Shown in pieces: positions 1 through 9,342 of a stretch of DNA of 64,000 nucleotides (position 1 is its first letter; each line of letters starts with the position of its first letter). The notes under the pieces are model-generated. The model had not been told where the DNA came from. It ran no database searches and saw only the letters and a list, made by a program, of their open reading frames with translations. Where the stretch lies: assembly GCA_965216315.1 (NCBI GenBank), contig CBDCFN010000016.1, positions 2,144,001-2,208,000 on the forward strand. Reading direction: 5' to 3'. The DNA is from a bacterium (GTDB taxonomy: Bacteria > UBA10199 > 2-02-FULL-50-16 > JAJFLM01). Position numbers and translations under genes: made by a program.

Positions 1-203
1 TGTTGGACCTGGCCGCCGACAAACATCGCCATATTCGCCATACTGGCCTCGGCCATCGGGCCCATGTCCATACCGGGATTCGTCGGGGCCCCACCCCCCG
101 TAATCGTCCCGGTGCCGCCACCGAACAGGATGTCTCCCGCGCCGCCGAGTATGCCACCCGCTACGCCATCAATAAAACCGCCAATACCACCAAAAAGTCC
201 CAT
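1..203 (-). CDS. Gly-rich hypothetical protein, paralog of 366..902 (runs off the window edge)
   Basis: Not in ORF track. Hand translation from ATG at 203 (RBS AAGGAG): MGLFGGIGGFIDGVAGGILGGAGDILFGGGTG...MAEASMANMAMFVGGQVQ, matching MAEASMANMALFTAGQLQ of the neighbour. Confidence 0.85.
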   Translation of the reverse strand, partial: MGLFGGIGGFIDGVAGGILGGAGDILFGGGTGTITGGGAPTNPGMDMGPMAEASMANMAMFVGGQVQ

Positions 204-248
204 GCTGATCACTCCTTCTGTTTTGTTCAAGACTATGGCTTAGATAGG

Positions 249-264
249 AGCAAAGAGTGTGCCA
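249..264 (-). promoter_or_regulatory. sigma54 (RpoN) -24/-12 promoter
   Basis: Minus strand reads TGGCACA-CTCT-TTGCT, fitting TGGCAC-N5-TTGCW, about 45 nt upstream of the ATG at 203. Confidence 0.85.
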
Positions 265-269
265 CATAG

Positions 270-282
270 CAACTTATTGATT
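270..282 (-). promoter_or_regulatory. IHF binding site
   Basis: AATCAA-TAAG-TTG matches WATCAANNNNTTR, just upstream of the sigma54 promoter, the usual arrangement. Confidence 0.65.
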
Positions 283-365
283 TTTAAAGATAAATTTTGA
301 ATGAGCTCCCTCGAAAAGGGGCTCAATGAGCACCACTTTGTGCAAGATCGATACAAAACGGCCGC

Positions 366-902
366 TTAAGCCAAGGAATCCGGATCGATCATCCCATCGT
401 CGACTAGTTCTTCGATGTGATGATTGAGCTGTTCCAGCAATTTCTCGTCGTGGCGGTATTGTTCTTCCTGCATCCGCGCCGTGACGTTCATTTTGGCGAT
501 CTCCAATTTAGTGTCGAGCTTGCCCTGCTCCATCTGCTGCATGCGCTGGCCCATCAGGTTCATCATATTCGCCTGCATCCGGGTCTGTTGGAGTTGACCC
601 GCCGTAAAGAGCGCCATATTCGCCATACTGGCCTCCGCCATGTCACTGTAAATGGATTCCTTGGGATCACCAACGGAGGCGTTGCCACCGCTGATGACAC
701 CGGTTGCACTCCCGATCACGCCGCTGACACCATCGTAGACTCCCCCGGCCACCCCACCGACGACACCCCCGACCACATCGCCGACAAAGCCGCCGACACC
801 ACCGGCCACATCACTAACCACTCCCGCCGCACCGCCGAGAATATCGCCACCCGCATCGACTACACTCGAAGCCCCCCGTTTTAGTGAAGTCCACCATCCC
901 AT
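366..902 (-). CDS. Hypothetical protein, glycine-zipper-like N-half plus Met/Gln-rich coiled coil (178 aa)
   Basis: Start moved to MGWWTS (ATG 902, RBS GGAAAGGAG, downstream of a sigma54 promoter). Repeated GGxxGxV; paralog at 1..203. Confidence 0.85.
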   Translation of the reverse strand: MGWWTSLKRGASSVVDAGGDILGGAAGVVSDVAGGVGGFVGDVVGGVVGGVAGGVYDGVSGVIGSATGVISGGNASVGDPKESIYSDMAEASMANMALFTAGQLQQTRMQANMMNLMGQRMQQMEQGKLDTKLEIAKMNVTARMQEEQYRHDEKLLEQLNHHIEELVDDGMIDPDSLA

Positions 903-948
903 AACACACGCTCCTTTCCAGTAACTTGATAACTCAAGCCCTAGTAAT

Positions 949-964
949 AGCAAGACACGTGCCA
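949..964 (-). promoter_or_regulatory. sigma54 (RpoN) -24/-12 promoter
   Basis: Minus strand TGGCACG-TGTC-TTGCT, a perfect consensus match at about the same distance from the ATG as in the paralog. Confidence 0.9.
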
Positions 965-1101
965 ACAGGTAATTGTATGAATTTATTGAATGTTTATCTT
1001 TTCGTGTATAAAAAAATGCACTCGTCCCTGCCACAGAACGCATAAATTTTATACACTGTGGAGGGACAACACTACGTGAGCGCGGGGATATTCAGGATTT
1101 C

Positions 1102-1383
1102 TTAGTAACGACCGCCGCCACCACCGCCGCGGGGCTTCATGGGGCGCGCTTCGTTGACTTTGAGAGCGCGACCGTCGTGCTCCTGACCGTCAAACTTTGA
1201 GATCGCATCCGCGGCCTCATCGTCACTCGACATCTCGACAAAACCAAAACCCTTACTACGGCCGCTATCGCGGTCCATAATGACTTTGGCTGATTCAACG
1301 GTTCCACACTGGGCAAACAGACTCTCAAGACCTTGATCGTCTACCGAATAGGACAGGTTGCCAACATATAGTTTCTTGGCCAT
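1102..1383 (-). CDS. RNA-binding protein, RRM domain with Gly-rich tail
   Basis: RNP2 LYVGNL, RNP1 KGFGFVEM, ALKVNEARP, GGGGGGRY tail; ATG 1383 with GGAGG RBS. Confidence 0.97.
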   Translation of the reverse strand: MAKKLYVGNLSYSVDDQGLESLFAQCGTVESAKVIMDRDSGRSKGFGFVEMSSDDEAADAISKFDGQEHDGRALKVNEARPMKPRGGGGGGRY

Positions 1384-1585
1384 GGGTATTTCCTCCAAAA
1401 TTAGCGTTTGATGCCATTCAAGAGGGTGGAAGCACAAGGCTTGATACTCTCTGAGGCAGCGAAAAACAGCCTTTCGCATAGCCTTGGTTAATAGTCAATG
1501 CTCAAATGTGAGGGCGAGACCTTCCAAGAATTCTTGCGTCCAATGCCCCAAAGAGTTACTTAAACACCCTCGGGAGGAGAAAACC

Positions 1586-1876
1586 ATGAAACAAAAAAAA
1601 GTTATGTCGTATGCCGCCTTTGCAGGAGCCGTCACCCTAGGCGTCGGCCTGGCCTCGACGGCCATCGCCGCCCCTAAGTGGGCTAAAACCGGAGATACGG
1701 TTGAAAAGTGCCTCGGCGTTGCCGCCAAGGGTCAGAATGACTGTGGTTCCAAAGATGGGGCTCACGGTTGCGGCGGCAAGGCAAAGACCGATCGGGATCC
1801 AAACGAATGGGTCTACACGCCGGAAGGTCTCTGCGCGAAACTGGGCGGCACGGTCTGGAAAACCAAAAAGATTTAA
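1586..1876 (+). CDS. bufA: DUF2282 / BufA1-type bufferin precursor (exported, 4 Cys)
   Basis: Signal peptide, then EKCLGVAAKGQNDC...HGCGG...WVYTPEGLCAKLGG; directly followed by DUF692 and DUF2063 genes. Confidence 0.88.
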   Translation: MKQKKVMSYAAFAGAVTLGVGLASTAIAAPKWAKTGDTVEKCLGVAAKGQNDCGSKDGAHGCGGKAKTDRDPNEWVYTPEGLCAKLGGTVWKTKKI

Positions 1877-2712
1877 AGATTTTTCGCGGCTCGTTAGCGG
1901 GGGCCGGCATCGGCCTCCGCTTTCCGCACTTCGATCAAATCCTCTCGGAACGACCAGCGATTCCCTGGTTTGAAATTCTCGTCGATAACATCATGGGCGA
2001 TGCGCGGGAATTTTACGCCAAACTCGATCGCCTCCGCCAGGACTACCCTTTCGTCTTTCACGGCGTCAGCATGAATCTTGGCTCCGTCGATCCCCTCAAC
2101 CAGGTTTATTTCGCAGAGCTCAGAGAGCTGATTACTCGTTATCAACCACTTCACGTCTCCGAACATCTCGCCTGGACGGGAGTCAACGCCCGCTTTCATC
2201 ACGACTTGTTACCGCTCCCGTACACGGAAGAATCGCTCGCCCACATGAAATCCCGCGTCGCCCAAGCCCAGGACTTGCTTGGCCAACGCATCGTCATCGA
2301 AAACCCCTCTTCCTATTTTGCCTTTAAAGAGAGTTCTATCGCTGAATGGGATTTTCTCAGTGAAGTCGTCACTGCCGCAGATACCGGCATCCTCCTCGAC
2401 GTCAATAATATTTACGTCAGCGCGTCCAATCACGGCTATCAACCCACACGCTATCTTGAAGCGCTGCCACTGGACCGCATCACGTACATCCATCTCGCCG
2501 GTTACCAGGATTGCAAAACCTACCTCTTTGACAGTCACGGTCAAAAGGTCTGGCCTCAAGTCTGGGAACTCTACCAACAAACGATTGAGCAAGCGGGACC
2601 GCTGCCGACCCTCATCGAATGGGACAGCGATATTCCGACGCTCGAAGAACTGATGGCGGAAGCGGCTCAGGCCCAACGCATCTTATCCGGAGAACGCTAT
2701 GAAGCTGGCTGA
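1807..2712 (+). CDS. bufB: DUF692 / MNIO family peptide-modifying enzyme (start uncertain)
   Basis: GIGLR..HF, WFEILVDN, HGVSMNLGS, VSEHLAW, DLLPLPYTEE, IENPSSY, LLDVNNIYVS, HLAG, DSHG, PTLIEWD motifs. Confidence 0.93.
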   Translation: MGLHAGRSLRETGRHGLENQKDLKIFRGSLAGAGIGLRFPHFDQILSERPAIPWFEILVDNIMGDAREFYAKLDRLRQDYPFVFHGVSMNLGSVDPLNQVYFAELRELITRYQPLHVSEHLAWTGVNARFHHDLLPLPYTEESLAHMKSRVAQAQDLLGQRIVIENPSSYFAFKESSIAEWDFLSEVVTAADTGILLDVNNIYVSASNHGYQPTRYLEALPLDRITYIHLAGYQDCKTYLFDSHGQKVWPQVWELYQQTIEQAGPLPTLIEWDSDIPTLEELMAEAAQAQRILSGERYEAG

Positions 2713-3469
2713 GCTCCAGAAAAAATTGGCGGACTATATTTACAGCGCGCGCCCCAGCGATGCGGCCCGCAATGAAATGAAGCAGCTTCTTTCCACTGAA
2801 ACGGCCATTGATCCGGACACGGGTCTCGAACTTTACCGCAAGAATCTCGTCTTTGGCATCATTGATTGCCTCCAAGGCGTTTTTGCGCAAACGCGACGCG
2901 TTCTTGGGGACGATAATTTTGCCTTCTTCGTTCGCGAACTGATCTATCAGGCCCCCTCAACCCATGAAGATGTTCGTCAGTATGGAGCGCATCTCCCGGC
3001 TTTTCTCGCCGAGCGCGCGGAACTCGCCGACAGCCGTTGGATCGGTGATATGGCCGCCATCGAATGGGCCTGGCATGACTTGGCCTTCATCTCGCTGGAT
3101 ACTCCGGCCCGCGTGGAGGACATCCTCGGCCGTCCCGCTTCCGTCCACATGATTCACGCCTTGCATACACTCAAGAGTTCGTGGCCTCTCCTCAAAATTT
3201 GGAAGTCCCTACAAGACGAGTCGGAGCACCAACTCAAAGAGCTGATTGTGCTCGAACCCGAGGACAGCTATTACTGTCTCTGGCGCACAGCAGCCGGACT
3301 GAAAGCCACAGAAATCTCACCCGAGATCTGGCAACTCTTGCATGATCTCAAAGCCGGGATGAATCCCCAAGAACTCGCCCGACAAAACTATACGGACCAT
3401 TCCCTCGCAACCACCTGGGAGATGCTCGCTTACGCCGCCGAACAGGGCTGGCTGAAGAAATCTAATTAG
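2699..3469 (+). CDS. bufC: DUF2063 family MNIO partner protein
   Basis: LAELQ, GLELYRKN, F..TRRVLGDDNF, YG..LPAFL, DMAAIEWA, SSWPLLKIW; overlaps the DUF692 stop. Confidence 0.85.
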   Translation: MKLAELQKKLADYIYSARPSDAARNEMKQLLSTETAIDPDTGLELYRKNLVFGIIDCLQGVFAQTRRVLGDDNFAFFVRELIYQAPSTHEDVRQYGAHLPAFLAERAELADSRWIGDMAAIEWAWHDLAFISLDTPARVEDILGRPASVHMIHALHTLKSSWPLLKIWKSLQDESEHQLKELIVLEPEDSYYCLWRTAAGLKATEISPEIWQLLHDLKAGMNPQELARQNYTDHSLATTWEMLAYAAEQGWLKKSN

Positions 3470-3587
3470 TTAGACACTTTTGTTTTACACTTCCACAACT
3501 CAAATCGATTTCCACCCCGATAACTCCCATTCAAACGTAACTGCTGAATTGTGAAGAAAATGGGTTGGATCAATTTTAGGAGTTACC

Positions 3588-5303
3588 ATGTCTGGATATC
3601 AAAAACTGAAACCATTTATTTGGCTGACGCTCATTGCACTCGGCGGTGCCGCTTGTTCACCGGCCGCTCACCACACCGGATCGCAGCACCGCGACATCGA
3701 CATCGTCGCGGCCCCTGAAGATTCCGACCTCGATCCCGATGTGAATGTTTTTATCGACCCGACCTTAGCTCCGCCGGACCGAGTCAAGATCGGCGACGAG
3801 TGGATTGACATAATGGACGCCGAAGGACGTGCCGCGGCGGAGCTGGAACAGTCACTGGACGAGAACCGTGGGATATTCGGTTCATTCGGCAATAATAACG
3901 ACGACCCTGTCTTCGATGGGGGTCTCATTGCGACAATTGCCCAGCCGACGATCATTGCAGACGTTTACTTCGAAGCAGAGGAATCAAACGTCGATGTCGA
4001 CGGCACGATGGGGGGCGAGGACTTTGTCCGCGGCGAACCGGAAGCCGAGCCCGAGATCCCCGCAGGTACGCACATCGATGCGATCAAGATTTGCTTCCGC
4101 ACCCACGGCGCCGGTCAAATGTTCAATCCCATCCAAACACCGGTCACGATGACTTTTTGCCCGAGCGCGGATGGAGCCTTTAAAACAGGGAACGAAAGAG
4201 ATCACTGTTATGACTACAGTGCGATCAATACCGACCGAATCGATGATGGCTACTTTTGTACCTGGAAGCACGTCCCGCAACGCGATCAACCCGTCGTCTA
4301 TCCGCATCACTTCAAATACTTTGCGATTGAAAATGACGTTGAGGCTCCCGCTCCCAGCTATACGAATAGCTGGCTGATCTCGGGGATTGACATCCAAGTC
4401 AGCCGCTTCGGCGAAGAAGGCTTCACCTCCATCTACACGGCACCGGCGTTCAACAAGCTATTAGATGCGAACACGCCGGTCGCCTATGGCAGCTTTCGGG
4501 ATACCGGGATCATTGCGAATGTCGGTGTCGGCTATCAACGCGGCGCCGGCACGAACGACCGCCTGGAACTCGCATGCGCCGCGGGCCCGGAGCAAGCCGG
4601 CCTGGCGCATGGATCTATCAATGCCATTCGCAACCATCAAGTCCCGCACTTGCGCCGTGAACATAACGAGATCATCATGAACCTGAACTACCTCAACGAC
4701 CGCAGCGGCCGCGAAGGACGCTTTGATGATCTTGAAAGCGGGCACCTGACGACCTACGGCGCGATGTGGTTCGACGGGGATCCCCTCCAGAATCTCGTCG
4801 TCAGTGAGCGGCGGCCCAATGACCCCTATGGCAACCCGATTGAGCTCGAGCGAGCGCGCGACGTGCAATACAAGCGCTGCCGTTTCAAGCTGAACGGCGG
4901 CAACGATACGCTCGCCTTACGAGATGCCGGCTTGATCATCTACCGGCCTTGGCGTCCCCTCGGCGAGCGCCATCGCAGCTGTTATCTTCGCAGTGACTCC
5001 CTCGAATGGCTGACTCCGGAACCGACGAGTCGTGACTGTCGCCAGCGCGGCCGCGCGGGCTGCATGAGTTACCCGCCTTACGTCCACCGGCCTCATTATT
5101 TCGACATCGTCGGCTGGAACGCCGGCCACTGCAGCGCGCTCAAGCACATCCATCCGGAACGTGCGGCCGCGCCGATCAATATGTTGAACTACTTTGAGTT
5201 TGCGGAGAATCCCACCATGTGTGTCATTCGCCATCCAAATGCACACAGCGATGGTTTTTGGGCCGGCGGAGAACCAAATCGAGATGATTGTACGCGCTTT
5301 TAA
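3588..5303 (+). CDS. Hypothetical lipoprotein, possibly with PLAT/LH2-like beta-sandwich domains
   Basis: Signal peptide with lipobox-like GAA-C; AGGAG RBS; VGVGYQRGAGTND, DDLESG and WLISGIDIQV resemble PLAT motifs (weak). Confidence 0.7.
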   Translation: MSGYQKLKPFIWLTLIALGGAACSPAAHHTGSQHRDIDIVAAPEDSDLDPDVNVFIDPTLAPPDRVKIGDEWIDIMDAEGRAAAELEQSLDENRGIFGSFGNNNDDPVFDGGLIATIAQPTIIADVYFEAEESNVDVDGTMGGEDFVRGEPEAEPEIPAGTHIDAIKICFRTHGAGQMFNPIQTPVTMTFCPSADGAFKTGNERDHCYDYSAINTDRIDDGYFCTWKHVPQRDQPVVYPHHFKYFAIENDVEAPAPSYTNSWLISGIDIQVSRFGEEGFTSIYTAPAFNKLLDANTPVAYGSFRDTGIIANVGVGYQRGAGTNDRLELACAAGPEQAGLAHGSINAIRNHQVPHLRREHNEIIMNLNYLNDRSGREGRFDDLESGHLTTYGAMWFDGDPLQNLVVSERRPNDPYGNPIELERARDVQYKRCRFKLNGGNDTLALRDAGLIIYRPWRPLGERHRSCYLRSDSLEWLTPEPTSRDCRQRGRAGCMSYPPYVHRPHYFDIVGWNAGHCSALKHIHPERAAAPINMLNYFEFAENPTMCVIRHPNAHSDGFWAGGEPNRDDCTRF

Positions 5304-6550
5304 CCGCGATACTTACTGAAGGGTTGCTTCTTACCTTTTGCAATCCAGGCACGGAGGTAGTCGAGGGCACGCTCTTTTTGCTTGTCCTCTTCTACCTCTA
5401 TCTCGAACTCTTCTTGAATTTCACCGTCGCCGTTGACCGCCTTTTCAATCTTGACGTCTTCTTTCTTCGCCTTGACGATGATATCAGGGCGAATCCCTTT
5501 AGACTGAATAGAGCGCCCTTTCGGTGTGTAGTAACGCGCCACGGTTAATTTGACCGCCGCCCCTTGCCCTAACTCATAAACGGTTTGCACGGAACCCTTG
5601 CCAAAGGTCTCAGTCCCCAGCAGCACGGCACGCCCATGATCCTGGAGAGCTCCGGCGACAATCTCCGCCGCTGACGCGCTCCCGCCGTTGACAAGGATAA
5701 CGATCGGAAAATTGGGATGGGTCCCATCAACGCGCGCTTTGCGCTCCTGCGTCGGCGTCGAACGACTCTTGGTTTTGACGATAGTGCCGTGGTCGAGAAA
5801 CTTGTCTGAAACCGCCACCGCCTCGGTGAGCAGCCCGCCCGGATTGTTACGCAGATCAAGGATCAAGCCACTTAAGCCGCCGCCGGCTTTCCCTTCCAGT
5901 TCACGTAGCGACGCTTCTAAGGCATTCGACGTATCCTGTTGAAAAGAGCTAATCCGAATATACCCGACCCCGCCCTCCAACATCTCGGTGCCACGCACAC
6001 TCTGGATCCGAATAATGTCCCGCCGCAACGTTACATTCAAAGGATCCGAGCGCCCCTCGCGACCAATCGCCAGCTTGACGCGGCTGCCGCGTTTGCCACG
6101 CATGAGTTTCACCGCATCACCGAGCGTCATATGCCGTGTCGTAATTCCATTTATTTTAAGGATGCGATCGCCCGCGCGGAGCCCGGCGCGCGCTGCCGGC
6201 GTCCCTTCAATCGGGGCGATGACGGTCAAGACCTTGTCACGCACCGTCACCTCGATGCCGACCCCGCCAAAGCGTCCTTGCGTATCAGATTGAAGTTCTT
6301 TGTAGTTGGCCGGCGGCATGAAGACCGTGTGCGGGTCGAGGGATTGCATCATGCCCTTGATGGCCCCATAGAGCAGTTCCTGATCATCCGGAGCCTCGAC
6401 ATAGTTTTCCCTCACAAAATGAAGGGCCTTCGCAAAGAGATCCAACTCCTCATAGAGGTCCTGCTCGGAGACCTTCCGGGCCGCCAACGCCGGGCTGGCC
6501 ACGACAAGGAGGAGTCCCGCGATAACTAGATTGCGAATCAGCGACGTCAT
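5300..6550 (-). CDS. ctpA: Carboxyl-terminal processing protease, S41 family with PDZ domain
   Basis: LDPHT, FGGVGIE, PAARAGL..GDRI, DLRNNPGGLL, SASAAEIVAGALQD, TFGKGSVQ, YYTPKGRSIQ..GI.PD. Confidence 0.97.
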   Translation of the reverse strand: MTSLIRNLVIAGLLLVVASPALAARKVSEQDLYEELDLFAKALHFVRENYVEAPDDQELLYGAIKGMMQSLDPHTVFMPPANYKELQSDTQGRFGGVGIEVTVRDKVLTVIAPIEGTPAARAGLRAGDRILKINGITTRHMTLGDAVKLMRGKRGSRVKLAIGREGRSDPLNVTLRRDIIRIQSVRGTEMLEGGVGYIRISSFQQDTSNALEASLRELEGKAGGGLSGLILDLRNNPGGLLTEAVAVSDKFLDHGTIVKTKSRSTPTQERKARVDGTHPNFPIVILVNGGSASAAEIVAGALQDHGRAVLLGTETFGKGSVQTVYELGQGAAVKLTVARYYTPKGRSIQSKGIRPDIIVKAKKEDVKIEKAVNGDGEIQEEFEIEVEEDKQKERALDYLRAWIAKGKKQPFSKYRG

Positions 6551-6701
6551 ACTATTTTCGATATTAGCACAGCTATTCCCTGCTGGATAGAGCGCTCTGA
6601 AACCCGAAAAAGCACGCCTTGAGTGCTTCTCCTATTGACAGCCTGCTGCCCACCTCATATTCAAATGGGCATGACAAATCAAGGTATCCATAGGAGTTAT
6701 T

Positions 6702-8540
6702 ATGTCTGATCAAGACTTCGACAAACTGGCTGCGCGCGTCCGGCACCACATTTTAACGACAACCAGCACCGCCGGCTCCGGACACCCGACCTCGTCGATG
6801 TCCGCGGCGGATATCATGACGGTGCTCTATTTTAAACATCTGCGCGCCATCCCGGATCAGCCCGACAATCCGAACAACGATCGCGTCATTTTTTCCAAGG
6901 GCCATGCAGCCCCGTTGCTCTACGCCCTCTACGCTGTCGCCGGTCTGGTCAGCGTCGATGAGATTCACACGCTGCGCAAGCACGGCAGCCCCTTCCAGGG
7001 GCACCCGACTCCGGCCTTGCCCTTCGTCGAAGCGGCCACCGGCAGTCTGGGCCAAGGACTCTCCGTGGGCGTCGGCCAAGCGATTAACGCGAAGTATTTA
7101 GACAAAGTCCCTCATCGTACTTTTGTGCTGCTCGGGGACGGCGAGATGGCGGAAGGTTCCGTCTGGGAAGCGATTCAACTCGCCGCCCATTACAAGCTCG
7201 ACAATCTCATCGGCGTCATCGACGTCAACCGTATGGGCCAGAGCCAGGAAACGATGTACGGCGCGGATGCCCAGGCCTATGCCGACCGTGTCGCCTCCTT
7301 TGGTTGGCACGTCGAGACCATCGACGGCCATGACACCGCCGCCTGCGATCAGGCACTGGAAAAAGCGCTCGCCGTGACCGGAAAACCCGCGATGATCGTC
7401 GCCAAGACCGAAAAAGGTAAGGGTGTCTCTTTTCTGAGCGGCAAGGAGGGCTGGCATGGCAAGGCCCTGCCTGACGACAAATTACAAGAGGCCCTTGCCG
7501 AGTTGGGTGAAGTCGACCTTGAACTCAAAGGTGAAATCCAGGCCCCGGAAAAAGTCAAAGCCACCCGACCGGCCGCGGCCGGTGAACCGGCGGCACCGGA
7601 TTACAAGCTGGGAGATACCATTGCGACGCGTAAGGCCTACGGACTCGCGCTCGCCAAATTTGTCCCTCACTATCCGGACATCGTCGCAATCGATGGAGAT
7701 ACGAAGAACTCGACCTTCGCGGAAGACGTCGCCAAGACGCACCCCGATCATTATTTCGAAATGTTTATCGCCGAACAGAACATGGCCGGCGTCGCCGTCG
7801 GCCTGTCCCGACGCGGCAAGATCCCGTTTGCGTCTTCCTTTGCCGCCTTCTGGTCACGCGCCTTTGATCAATTCCGGATGGGCGCAGTCAGTGAAGCGAA
7901 CATCAAGGTCTGTGGTTCCCATGTCGGCGTATCGATCGGGCAGGATGGCCCCTCCCAAATGGGGCTCGAAGACATCGCAATGTTTCGGGCCATTCCCGGC
8001 AGCACCGTGCTCTATCCCAGCGATGGGGTCTCCGCGGAACGACTCGTTGCCGCGTCTATCGACCAAAAAGGCATCGTCTACATCCGGACCAGCCGTCCGG
8101 CCACCCCGGTTATCTATACCGCCGCCGAACAGTTCCCCATCGGCGGCTCTAAAGTCGTCCGCCACTCCGACCAGGATGCTATCACTCTCGTGGGCGCCGG
8201 AGTCACTCTGCACGAATGCCTCAAAGCTCAAGAGGCCTTAGCCCAAGACGGTATCAACGCACGGGTCATTGACTGTTATTCCGTGAAGCCGATCGATGCC
8301 GCGACCTTGAAGACCGCGGCCGAAGAAACCAAGGCCCTCTTCGTCGTCGAGGATCACTGGTTTGACGGCGGTCTCGGCGATGCCGTGCTCAACGTGTTCG
8401 CGGCTGAAGCCAACACGAGCCCGATCATCAAAGTGGCGGTCACGGAATTGGCGGGATCGGCGACACCGGAAGAATTGATGGATGATGCAGGGATCTCGGC
8501 AAAGAAAATCGTCGAGCGGGTCAAAGAATTTATCGCTTAG
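6702..8540 (+). CDS. tkt: Transketolase (short single-chain type)
   Basis: SGHPTSSMS, SKGHAAP, GHPT, TGSLGQG, GDGEMAEGS TPP motif, IAEQNM, GQDGPSQM, YIRTSR. Confidence 0.97.
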   Translation: MSDQDFDKLAARVRHHILTTTSTAGSGHPTSSMSAADIMTVLYFKHLRAIPDQPDNPNNDRVIFSKGHAAPLLYALYAVAGLVSVDEIHTLRKHGSPFQGHPTPALPFVEAATGSLGQGLSVGVGQAINAKYLDKVPHRTFVLLGDGEMAEGSVWEAIQLAAHYKLDNLIGVIDVNRMGQSQETMYGADAQAYADRVASFGWHVETIDGHDTAACDQALEKALAVTGKPAMIVAKTEKGKGVSFLSGKEGWHGKALPDDKLQEALAELGEVDLELKGEIQAPEKVKATRPAAAGEPAAPDYKLGDTIATRKAYGLALAKFVPHYPDIVAIDGDTKNSTFAEDVAKTHPDHYFEMFIAEQNMAGVAVGLSRRGKIPFASSFAAFWSRAFDQFRMGAVSEANIKVCGSHVGVSIGQDGPSQMGLEDIAMFRAIPGSTVLYPSDGVSAERLVAASIDQKGIVYIRTSRPATPVIYTAAEQFPIGGSKVVRHSDQDAITLVGAGVTLHECLKAQEALAQDGINARVIDCYSVKPIDAATLKTAAEETKALFVVEDHWFDGGLGDAVLNVFAAEANTSPIIKVAVTELAGSATPEELMDDAGISAKKIVERVKEFIA

Positions 8541-9322
8541 ACCTTCCGCACGTTCTCTAACGCCCGTCCCAAAAAGATCTCACCAACCCGCTGAAAGCGG
8601 TCGGGGGAATCCGTTACATAAAATTGATCTCCCTTTTTTGCCACGTCATTTAAAAGATCCTGTTGTTCCAACAATTCCTGTAACGCCGTCGCAGCCGCAT
8701 GCGCCGAGTCGATTAACTGGACGTCATCTCCAACCACTTTTTGAATAACCGGCATCAGCAGGGGATAGTGAGTACAGCCGAGGATCAGGGTATCGATCTC
8801 AGCGGCCAGCAAGGGCTGGAGATACTCACGGGCGATGCTCTCGGTCTCAGGTCGATCCAACCAGCCTTCTTCGACTAGCGGAACAAATAAGGGACAGGGT
8901 GCGGAGAGTACCGTAATATCGGGTGAGTGGCGTTTGAGCGCGACTTCATAGGCCCCACTGCCGACCGTGCCCGCCGTCCCGATCACCCCGATGCGTCCAC
9001 TCCGACTCTGGGCGACGGCCTGCGCCGCTCCCGGTTCCAACACCCCGATGATCGGCACCTTAAACATCTCTTGTAAGGCCGGCACGGCATAGGCCGAGGC
9101 GGTATTGCAGGCCGCCACGACGGCCTTCACGCCTTTGCTCAACAGAAATTCCGTGTTCTCCGTGCTGTACTGAGTCACGGTCGGCGCCGACTTGGTCCCG
9201 TACGGGACCCGTGCCGTGTCGCCCAGGTAGATCAAGGATTCATTCGGCAACAGCTCCCGCACCGCCCTAAAGACAGTGAGGCCACCGATGCCGGAATCGA
9301 AAATACCAATGGGTTGATTCAT
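8537..9322 (-). CDS. murI: Glutamate racemase
   Basis: IGIFDSGIGGLTV, GDTARVPYGTKS, ACNTAS, LILGCTHYP. Confidence 0.98.
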   Translation of the reverse strand: MNQPIGIFDSGIGGLTVFRAVRELLPNESLIYLGDTARVPYGTKSAPTVTQYSTENTEFLLSKGVKAVVAACNTASAYAVPALQEMFKVPIIGVLEPGAAQAVAQSRSGRIGVIGTAGTVGSGAYEVALKRHSPDITVLSAPCPLFVPLVEEGWLDRPETESIAREYLQPLLAAEIDTLILGCTHYPLLMPVIQKVVGDDVQLIDSAHAAATALQELLEQQDLLNDVAKKGDQFYVTDSPDRFQRVGEIFLGRALENVRKV

Positions 9323-9342
9323 ACTTAGGTGGTTCGAGCCCT

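Noticed and set aside
3..269. Plus-strand 88-aa ORF (and 417..884)
   Set aside because: Antisense shadows of the minus-strand paralogs, which have an RBS, sigma54 promoters and mutual homology.
903..1043. N-terminal extension of ORF 366..1043 (likewise the longer track starts at 1479, 1484, 19412, 20674, 29608, 33195, 41613, 42591)
   Set aside because: Downstream ATGs have clear RBSs or match paralog N-termini; some extensions run across promoters or the neighbouring gene.
1525..1536. Perfect palindrome CAAGAATTCTTG upstream of bufA
   Set aside because: Single 12-bp instance that I cannot assign to a regulator; plausible by chance.
1859..1876. Programmed -1 frameshift fusing bufA to bufB at C-AAA-AAG
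   Set aside because: Not a full X-XXY-YYZ heptamer, no clear stimulatory structure, and fusing a cytoplasmic enzyme to an exported precursor is unlikely.
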